This document shows, one piece after another, positions 6,636-12,151 of a stretch of DNA of 12,151 bases. Each line of letters starts with the position of its first letter. The stretch's first letter is position 1. The stretch covers positions 1 through 12,151 of the forward strand of contig CALBUD010000040.1 of the NCBI GenBank assembly GCA_937968065.1, read 5' to 3'. Position numbers and translations under genes: made by a program. Under the pieces are notes generated by a model. The model did no database searches, was not told the DNA's origin, and was given only the letters and a program-made list of their open reading frames with translations. The DNA is from Candidatus Iainarchaeum sp. Its GTDB lineage: Archaea > Iainarchaeota > Iainarchaeia > Iainarchaeales > CSSED10-239.

Positions 6636-7577
6636 ATGATTAGAAAAACTAACTTGGATTTTGATAAAAAAAGAAAAACAAGCTCTCAACCTTTTTTAGA
6701 AAAAAATGTTGACGAAAAAAGAAAAGCAATCTCTCCATTAGTAGCAACCATTCTAATAATAGTTGTTGCTGTTGCAATAATAATGATTGTTTTAAACTGG
6801 GGAAAAGCTTTTACACAAGGAGGTCTTCAAGATGCAACAAATGTTACAAGTTTTACAACTTCTGATGCTAGTAGTTTTATTTTCAGACCAGATATTAAAG
6901 GACAAACTTTAACCTTTACTTATTCTCCACCAGCTTCTTTAAAAAGTCAAACAATAATTGTTGATAGATTTTCAGTTCTTGGTTATGAAGGAATAATAGA
7001 TATTGATCCTCCAGTAACTTTAAGAGAAGGTTTAACTGGTATACAAAATTTAGATTTATCTTCTTTAGATATTCAAGAAAGAACAATAACAATTGTTTTT
7101 TATACAACAAATAATGAAATCATTACTTTAAAAAATATTGATTTAATAAATTATGTTCCTCCAGAATATGAATATTATTTATATGGTTGGGGTTCAAATT
7201 ATTATGGGAAATTAACGTTTTTTTTAAATTTAGATGTAATATCTGCTGGTCAGGAACATTCATTAGGTATTAGAAACGGAGAGCTTTATGCTTGGGGTTA
7301 TAATCAGTATGGTCAACTTGGAGATGGCACAACCTATAATGAACTTGTTCCCACAAGAATCGGAACTGATAGTGATTGGACAATGATCTCTGCTAGTGGA
7401 AGTCATTCATTAGGTATCAGAAACGGAGAGCTTTATGCTTGGGGTGAGAATGTTTATGGTCAACTTGGAGATGGCACAACTGATGATAAACTTGTTCCCA
7501 CAAGAATTGGAACTGATAGTGATTGGACAATAGTCTCTGCTGGTTATGAACATTCATTTGGTTTAAAAAATAGTTGA
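6636..7577 (+). CDS. Secreted/surface protein: archaeal class III (type IV pilin-like) signal peptide + unknown middle domain + C-terminal RCC1-type repeats
   Basis: KRKA|ISPLVATILIIVVAVAIIMIVLNW matches the archaeal pilin N-terminal pattern: a basic residue, then A/G, then xSPxxxTxLLI and a hydrophobic helix. The C-terminus carries RCC1 blade signatures HSLGIRNGELYAWGxNxYGQLGDGTT..LVPTRIG twice, plus a degenerate GWGSNYYGKL. ATG 6636 is preferred over the track's TTG 6579, which lies inside the tandem repeat. TGA stop at 7575-7577. Confidence 0.75.
   Translation: MIRKTNLDFDKKRKTSSQPFLEKNVDEKRKAISPLVATILIIVVAVAIIMIVLNWGKAFTQGGLQDATNVTSFTTSDASSFIFRPDIKGQTLTFTYSPPASLKSQTIIVDRFSVLGYEGIIDIDPPVTLREGLTGIQNLDLSSLDIQERTITIVFYTTNNEIITLKNIDLINYVPPEYEYYLYGWGSNYYGKLTFFLNLDVISAGQEHSLGIRNGELYAWGYNQYGQLGDGTTYNELVPTRIGTDSDWTMISASGSHSLGIRNGELYAWGENVYGQLGDGTTDDKLVPTRIGTDSDWTIVSAGYEHSFGLKNS
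7257..7577 (+). repeat. 147-bp (49-codon) in-frame tandem repeat encoding RCC1 blades: two full units plus a 27-nt decayed third
   Basis: Units at 7257-7403 and 7404-7550 differ at about 20 positions by hand alignment and share identical runs of 19-27 nt. The third unit (7551-) decays, and its TGA stop aligns with the GAG codon of NGELYAWG. Confidence 0.85.
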
Positions 7578-7660
7578 ATAAAATTTAAAAAACTTGATAA
7601 AAACAAGAAGATTTTTGCATTCTATTACCTTGGATATAGATATATATTTCTACTTGTTAT

Positions 7661-7706
7661 AAAAGAACGCTTTTCACTTTAGGTTCAATTCCCGTCAGAA
7701 GCTTTT
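7661..7706 (+). repeat. tRNA 3'-end-like direct repeat, copy 3 (extended 46-nt form; 26-nt core at 7681-7706)
   Basis: The core is identical to copy 1. The extended part AAAAGAACGCTTTTCACTTT aligns with copy 2. It lies between convergent genes, 103 nt after the RCC1-gene stop and 15 nt before the stop of the minus-strand gene. Confidence 0.85.
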
Positions 7707-7721
7707 ATTATTTTTTAAAAA

Positions 7722-8441
7722 TTATTTTGCTTCTGGAACAAAATTAAAATTTTTATCAAGTCTATATCCATTTTCAGGAGTAAAATAAACTTCAAATCCA
7801 AATTTTTTTAAAATATTTAAAACATTAAAAACAGTTTTTTTATTTTTTTTATTCCCTTCCATAGTGGATGCTTTATGCACTAAAAACCTTGTAATTTTTT
7901 TTCTTGTTTCTAACAAGCTTTTATTTTCTGAAATTGATTTTTGAATTTCTTGTGTTATATTTTTCATAAAAACATGATTTATCTTTATTGTTGTATACCC
8001 TAAAACTTTTTTTTCAGGATTTACAATTGCAATTACTTCATATCCATGTTTTGTTTTAGAATATTTAAAAATACCATCTATAAAAAGAAAAAGATCAGGA
8101 ATTGCATTTCCTTTGTTAAATTTTGGATTTTTAGAAGAATCTTGTAATTTAAAATAAAATAAACTTCCTTTTTGTCTAATATCTTTAGTTCTTTTTTTAG
8201 ATAATCTTTTTTCTAAAATATTTTTAAAAATTACATCATATCTTTTATTATTTATAACACTAAAAGAATTTAATCTATCTCCAGAAACATTAATTGCTTT
8301 TTCTCCAGGATGTTTATAAAAAGTTATTTTTCTAAGATTATTTATATCAATTTTTTTTAAACTATCAATTTCTGAAAGATATTTATCTCTTCCAATTTTT
8401 GGTTTTGGAATTATTCTTGGTATTATTTTTTTTGGTTTCAT
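7722..8441 (-). CDS. Hypothetical basic protein, paralog A of a tandem pair (possible inactive MPN-like member)
   Basis: 239 aa. Its ATG overlaps the upstream paralog's TGA (ATGA at 8438-8441). It shares with paralog B the N-terminal MKP..KIG, then PG, (A/I)(I/L)P, YxxIxxVxP....GYTTI(K/R)IN, and the C-terminal G(F/M)E(V/I)xFTPExGYRLDxxFN. Where paralog B has HTH and PSLSD, this protein has FYF and PDLFL. Confidence 0.6.
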   Translation of the reverse strand: MKPKKIIPRIIPKPKIGRDKYLSEIDSLKKIDINNLRKITFYKHPGEKAINVSGDRLNSFSVINNKRYDVIFKNILEKRLSKKRTKDIRQKGSLFYFKLQDSSKNPKFNKGNAIPDLFLFIDGIFKYSKTKHGYEVIAIVNPEKKVLGYTTIKINHVFMKNITQEIQKSISENKSLLETRKKITRFLVHKASTMEGNKKNKKTVFNVLNILKKFGFEVYFTPENGYRLDKNFNFVPEAK

Positions 8442-9061
8442 TTTTCTCTTATATAATTAAATCTATTATCTAATCTATAACCTGTTTCAGGAGTAAAAAC
8501 AATTTCCATGCCAAGACTTGGTAGCATTTCAAAAAGATGTATTTTATATTCTGCATTTTTTTTATTTTTAGAATTTAAATAAGGATTTATTTTTTCAATA
8601 AATTGTTCTGGAGTAACTTTGATATTATTAATTCTAATTGTTGTATACCCAATAGGTCTTCCATTTTTAGGATCAATTACAGAAATTATTTGATATTTAA
8701 TTGTTCTTTTTCTATCTTTTATAAAAGAAACAATATCTGATAAAGAAGGAAGAGCAATTCCATATTCTTCTCTTTTAGAATTTCTTTTAGTTATGTGAGT
8801 GTGCAAAAGTTGTGCTCTATTTTCAAGATTTCTAATTTTTCTTCTTATATTTTCTTTTATTTTTTCATTAAGTATTCTTTCAAGCTTAGCTGTGTTTTTT
8901 CCAACATGATTTTTTTGTCTATTATTAGAAACATCATGTATTCCTTTACCTGGTACTGAAAGTAATTGTATTTCTTTATTTTTAATATCTGCATCTTTTT
9001 TTAAAACATTTTCAAATTTATTTTTACCAATTTTTGATTTTCTAAATATTACAGGTTTCAT
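8438..9061 (-). CDS. Hypothetical basic protein, paralog B of a tandem pair (possible divergent JAMM/MPN+-like metalloprotease)
   Basis: Start moved to ATG 9061 (207 aa, MKPVIFRKSKIG...), which aligns with the paralog A N-terminus. On the minus strand TTTAAAATA begins about 33 nt upstream of this ATG. The protein contains H87-T-H89, P105-S106-L-S-D109 and IISVID130-P131..GYTTIRI. Confidence 0.6.
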   Translation of the reverse strand: MKPVIFRKSKIGKNKFENVLKKDADIKNKEIQLLSVPGKGIHDVSNNRQKNHVGKNTAKLERILNEKIKENIRRKIRNLENRAQLLHTHITKRNSKREEYGIALPSLSDIVSFIKDRKRTIKYQIISVIDPKNGRPIGYTTIRINNIKVTPEQFIEKINPYLNSKNKKNAEYKIHLFEMLPSLGMEIVFTPETGYRLDNRFNYIREK

Positions 9062-9208
9062 ATATATAAAATAAGGTAAATAGTATTTTAAATGTATGAG
9101 CTTTAATGTAGATATACATAAAAAGTTTGTTTTCTTAAACCTTCTTTTTTTAAACATATTGCTTTACATTAGATATATAAACTAATTTTTTTAAAAAAGG
9201 TGTTTTTT

Positions 9209-9805
9209 ATGCTTGAAAGATATACAGTAATTGACATTGAAACAACAGGGCTTAACAGAGAGAAAGATCAAATAACTGAGATTGCTGCTTTAAGAGTTGA
9301 AGGAAATAGAATTATTGAAAAATTTGAAACATTAATAAATCCTTTAATAAAAATACCGGCTGAAATAACTCAAATAACAGGAATTACAGATCAAATGGTT
9401 AAAAAACAACCAACAATTTCAGAAGTTTTACCAAAGTTTAAAGAATTTATAAAAAACGATATTTTAGTTGCACATAATTCTATTTTTGATATTGGTTTTT
9501 TAAATTATAATTATTCTAAATATTATAATAAACCTTTAGAAAATAAAGATTTATGTACTTTAAATCTTGCAAAAAAATTAGTTTCTTCAATACCAAGTTA
9601 TAGATTATCTTCTTTATGTAATTATTTTGATATAAAAAATGATAATTATCATAGAGCAATGGCAGATGTTTATGCTACAACAAAACTATTTTTAAAATTT
9701 CAAGCAATTATGCATAATAATGGTTTAAAAGAAGATCAAGATATTTTAAAATTCTATCAAGATCCTTTAGCAAAATTAAATCTTTCTTTAACAATTTTAA
9801 TTTAA
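9209..9805 (+). CDS. DnaQ-like (DEDDh) 3'-5' exonuclease
   Basis: Exo I is VIDIETTGL, Exo II is LVAHNSIFDIGFL, and Exo III is YHRAMADVYAT (H-x4-D). ATG 9209 is preferred over GTG 9200 because AAGGTG (9197-9202) lies 6 nt upstream. It is transcribed divergently from the paralog pair. Confidence 0.85.
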   Translation: MLERYTVIDIETTGLNREKDQITEIAALRVEGNRIIEKFETLINPLIKIPAEITQITGITDQMVKKQPTISEVLPKFKEFIKNDILVAHNSIFDIGFLNYNYSKYYNKPLENKDLCTLNLAKKLVSSIPSYRLSSLCNYFDIKNDNYHRAMADVYATTKLFLKFQAIMHNNGLKEDQDILKFYQDPLAKLNLSLTILI

Positions 9806-9809
9806 TTTT

Positions 9810-10001
9810 TTATTTATTACTTAGTGGCATTATTATCCATAAGATAATATATAAAAGTAGAAAGGTTCCAAAACTTATAAATGTCAAAATAACCCATATA
9901 ATTCTTACAATTGTTGGATCAGTATTAAAATATTCTGAAAATCCTCCATAAACTCCACCTAAAACAAATTCTTTTTTACTTCTCTTTAATCATTTTTTCA
10001 T
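9810..10001 (-). CDS. PspC-domain small membrane protein; reading frame interrupted by in-frame TGA at codon 4 (or 1-nt frameshift after a second ATG)
   Basis: The minus strand reads ATG AAA AAA TGA TTA AAG AGA AGT..., giving MKK*LKRSKKEFVLGGVYGGFSEYFNTDPTIVRIIWVILTFISFGTFLLLYIILWIIMPLSNK. The part after the TGA matches the PspC domain pattern (L.RS....GV.GG.aeYf..dPt.VR...v.......lY..lw...P). There is no other in-frame start. TAA stop at 9810-9812. Confidence 0.6.
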
Positions 10002-10085
10002 ATCTTATCAATCAGTTTATAAATTTTAATAGTTATATAATATATATTAATAAGTAATATATATTTAAAAAAACTATGATTTAAT

Positions 10086-11021
10086 ATGGAATATACAAAA
10101 GATTTTTTATGGAAAAAAGATTTAAAAGTATCAGAGTTAATTAAAGCTTATGGAAATATAGGATTTCAAAGTTATGAACTTAAAAGAGCTTCTGATTTAA
10201 TTATAAAAATGAAAAAAGAGGGTGCTAAAATTTATTTTTCATTTACTTCAAACATGGTAACTTCTGGTCTTAGAGGTTTTTTTGCACAAATTATTGAAAA
10301 AAAAATGTGTGATGTTATTGTTACAACTGTAGGTTCAATTGAAGAAGATATTATGAAAGCAGATGGTGATAATTTTATTTTATCTTCTTTTTCTTCAAAT
10401 GATGAAGAATTATATGAAAGAGGAGAAAACAGAGTTGGAAATATTTTAATTACCAATGATCAATATCAAAAATTAGAAGAAAAAATTAAAACTTTACTTT
10501 TAGATATTTATAAAGACAAGAAAAGATTAACTATTTCAGAACTTTTAAGAGAGATTGGTTTAAGACTTAATGATGAATCCTCAATTCTTTATCAAGCAGC
10601 TAAAAATAATGTACCAATATTTTGTCCTGCAATAACAGACGGTTCTTTTGGTTTTCAACTTTATTTATTTAAAGATGAACATAAAGATTTTGAGATAGAT
10701 ATAATTAATGATTTTAAAAATATTATTTTTTCAACATCTCATGATGAAAAAAAAGGAATAATTGCTCTTGGTGGTGGAGTTTCAAAACATCATGTTATTT
10801 TAACTACTTTAATAAATGGTGGTGCAGATTATGCACTTTACATGACAACAGCATCTCCAAGATCAGGTAGTCTTTCTGGAGCAACAACTGATGAAGCAAA
10901 ATCATGGGGAAAAATAAAAGATAATTCTGATGCTGTAACTGTTGTTGGAGATGTTACAATAACTTTTCCTTTAGCTATGGTTTCTGCTTTAGATATTTTA
11001 TCTTTTGAAAATATAATTTAA
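10086..11021 (+). CDS. dys: Deoxyhypusine synthase
   Basis: 311 aa. Motifs are TSNMVTSGLR, CPAITDGSFG, GGGVSKHH, and the catalytic-Lys region DEAKSWGKI followed by VVGDVTITFPLA, which is colinear with eukaryotic/archaeal DHS. Confidence 0.9.
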   Translation: MEYTKDFLWKKDLKVSELIKAYGNIGFQSYELKRASDLIIKMKKEGAKIYFSFTSNMVTSGLRGFFAQIIEKKMCDVIVTTVGSIEEDIMKADGDNFILSSFSSNDEELYERGENRVGNILITNDQYQKLEEKIKTLLLDIYKDKKRLTISELLREIGLRLNDESSILYQAAKNNVPIFCPAITDGSFGFQLYLFKDEHKDFEIDIINDFKNIIFSTSHDEKKGIIALGGGVSKHHVILTTLINGGADYALYMTTASPRSGSLSGATTDEAKSWGKIKDNSDAVTVVGDVTITFPLAMVSALDILSFENII

Positions 11022-11035
11022 TTTTTTGAAAAATT

Positions 11036-12082
11036 ATGAAATCAAATGCCAAATTTATTTTTTCTAAAAAAAAAGTTTTAGAAGAATATAAAAAAATAAA
11101 TGAAATATCAGATATTGTAGCATATAGTGTAAAGTCAAATCCATATATTACAAATATTTTAGAAGAAAACACCTCTTCTAATTTTTTAATACATCATATA
11201 AATGAAATTAAAAATATAGAAGATAAAGAAAGAATATGGTTTATGCTTCATTCTCCTGATAAAGAAGAAATCTCTTTTATTTTTAAAGAAAAAATTAATA
11301 AATTTATTGTTGATAATAAAAATGATTTAGATTTTTTACTTAAAGAAATTAAAAAAGAAAATAAAAAAATAACTTTACTTTTAAGAATGAGACTTAAAGA
11401 GTATACAGTAGTTACAGGTAAATTTTTTGTATATGGTTTTTATTCAAAAGAAATAAATCTATTAATAAAAGAAATTAAAGATAATCCTTTTATTGAAAAG
11501 ATTGGTATTCATTTCCATAGAAAAACACAAAATTTATCTGAATGGTCTCTTTTAGAAGAAATTTCTTCGTCTTTATTAAAAGAAACTTTAGATTATCTAG
11601 ATTTCTTAGACATTGGTGGAGGGCTTCCTGTTGTTTATAAAAATATTAATCCAAAATCAATAGATGTTATTTATAAAAATATAAAAGAATTAAAAGAATT
11701 TTTAAATAACCAAAATATAAAATTAATAACAGAACCTGGAAGATCAATTGCAGCTCCTTCAGGAGTTTTAGAAACAACAATTAAAAATATTGTAGATGAT
11801 ACTATTTTTGTTGATGCTTCTTTATTTAATTGTTCAATGGATACTCTTATAACTCACATTAAACTTTTAGTTAAAGGAGAAGAGGATAAAGAACAAGGAA
11901 AAGCATACACAATAAAAGGATTAACTCCAGCATCAGAAGATATTTTTAGATATAAAGTTTATTTTAAAGAAGAAAATCTTCCAAAGATAGGAGATAAAAT
12001 AACTTTTTTAAATGCTGGAGCATATATTTATTATACTGATTTATTTAATCTTGAAAAACCTAAAATAGAAATTATTTATTAA
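11036..12082 (+). CDS. PLP-dependent decarboxylase, fold type III (ornithine/arginine/diaminopimelate decarboxylase family), compact and divergent
   Basis: The PLP-Lys motif is AYSVKSNP. Other matches are GIHFHRKTQ (HxH region), DIGGGLPV, EPGRSIAAP, and the C-terminal FLNAGAY. It starts 14 nt downstream of dys, so co-transcription is likely. At 348 aa it is shorter than typical family members. Confidence 0.75.
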   Translation: MKSNAKFIFSKKKVLEEYKKINEISDIVAYSVKSNPYITNILEENTSSNFLIHHINEIKNIEDKERIWFMLHSPDKEEISFIFKEKINKFIVDNKNDLDFLLKEIKKENKKITLLLRMRLKEYTVVTGKFFVYGFYSKEINLLIKEIKDNPFIEKIGIHFHRKTQNLSEWSLLEEISSSLLKETLDYLDFLDIGGGLPVVYKNINPKSIDVIYKNIKELKEFLNNQNIKLITEPGRSIAAPSGVLETTIKNIVDDTIFVDASLFNCSMDTLITHIKLLVKGEEDKEQGKAYTIKGLTPASEDIFRYKVYFKEENLPKIGDKITFLNAGAYIYYTDLFNLEKPKIEIIY

Positions 12083-12151
12083 TTATTTTAATAAAAAATA
12101 AACTTATACTTTTTAAACTATTTGTTTCATAAATATATATTATATATTAAT

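Larger units (their letters stand above)
4549..7706 (+). mobile_element. Putative repeat-bounded accessory insertion made of two cassettes (4575-5945 and 5972-7680); mobility unproven
   Basis: The segment is bounded and subdivided by three direct tRNA-like repeats. Its content is accessory-type: a COG1373 ATPase, decayed ORFs, and a GC-richer RCC1-repeat gene. No integrase or transposase is present. Confidence 0.3.

Noticed and set aside
6916-7110. 64-aa minus-strand ORF inside the pilin-RCC1 gene
   Set aside because: It is an antisense shadow ORF of low complexity with no motif.
6571-7577. CRISPR array interpretation of the tandem repeats
   Set aside because: The 14-bp units are contiguous with no spacers. 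The 147-bp units are in-frame coding repeats. No repeat-spacer architecture or cas genes are present anywhere in the window.
7575-7681. 34 stop-free codons following the TGA stop of the pilin-RCC1 gene (IKFKKLDKNKKIFAFYYLGYRYIFLLVIKERFSL), possibly a read-through C-terminal anchor
   Set aside because: The chance expectation is roughly 3% by a rough composition estimate, which is not negligible across many frames. The extension has no RCC1 similarity, and the TGA aligns with a decayed GAG of the repeat unit, which fits simple truncation.
4549-7706. Reading the three repeats as split-tRNA 3' halves (Nanoarchaeum style), permuted tRNAs or intron-containing tRNAs
   Set aside because: The T-stem 5' strand is missing: at most 2-3 of 5 pairs can form. 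No GCTTCTG acceptor 5' strand is visible in the intergenic regions flanking the repeats; the matches I noticed lie inside CDSs (uvrB, dys, and the 3' end of the 7722..8441 gene). The sequence upstream of the T-loop shows no anticodon-arm 3' strand or complementary leader.
7696-7735. CAGAAGC (end of repeat copy 3) with GCTTCTG at 7729-7735 as a terminator hairpin
   Set aside because: The 7-bp arms are separated by a 26-nt AT loop, and the second arm is the coding sequence (PEA) of the minus-strand gene. The match is probably coincidental.
9062-9157. 32-codon N-terminal extension of track ORF 8438..9157 (MFKKRRFKKTNFLCISTLKLIHLKYYLPYFIY)
   Set aside because: The internal ATG at 9061 gives an N-terminus (MKPVIF..KIG) that aligns with the paralog's MKPKKI..KIG. 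The extension would also cover the TATA-like promoter sequence.
10232-10456. 74-aa minus-strand ORF inside dys
   Set aside because: It is antisense to a well-supported deoxyhypusine synthase gene.
10975-11172. 65-aa minus-strand ORF spanning the dys/decarboxylase junction
   Set aside because: It is antisense to two supported CDSs and their 14-nt junction, and has no motif.
1-12151. Genome-wide TGA reassignment (code 4 or 25) as the explanation for the in-frame TGAs
   Set aside because: All long conserved genes are free of internal TGA. The conserved Trp residues of SOD (FFW, GWVWL, DVWEH) are all TGG. TGA works as the stop in the ATGA overlap of the paralog pair. Only local read-through or an indel remains plausible.

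Overview
This is a 12,151-nt, very AT-rich window; hand-counted 60-nt lines range from about 12% to 42% G+C. It opens with 46 nt of synthetic Illumina adapter, so position 1 is the end of a short-read (probably metagenomic) contig. The native DNA looks like a small-genome, DPANN-like archaeon. Evidence: tRNA-Tyr(GUA) with the archaeal/eukaryal C1-G72 + A73 identity set and a short variable arm, an archaeal class III (type IV pilin-like) signal peptide, deoxyhypusine synthase, TATA-like boxes about 25 nt upstream of several ATGs, and oligo-T tracts after genes. Bacterial-type repair genes (uvrB, a DnaQ-like exonuclease) are mixed in. Gene order: 5'-truncated PolB-exo-like exonuclease; small winged-helix ORF with no usable start; tRNA-Tyr; Lys-rich orphan; Fe/Mn SOD; uvrB; tRNA-3'-end-like repeat; COG1373-type AAA+ ATPase; repeat; about 600 nt of decayed or non-coding DNA; pilin-signal + RCC1-repeat protein; repeat; two overlapping minus-strand paralogs of unknown function; divergent DnaQ-like exonuclease; a tiny PspC-domain ORF interrupted by an in-frame TGA; then a deoxyhypusine synthase + compact PLP-decarboxylase operon. 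The best leads are: (1) three direct copies of a tRNA 3'-end-like repeat that split the accessory segment 4549-7706 into two cassettes, with no integrase or intact target tRNA; (2) the tandem paralog pair, where one member carries an HxH...PSxxD...DP pattern like JAMM/MPN+ metalloproteases and the other has lost those residues; (3) two small domain-bearing ORFs (wHTH, PspC) that both begin ATG-A-[ORF], meaning an in-frame TGA abuts the first conserved codon. No CRISPR array, rRNA, transposase or integrase was seen.
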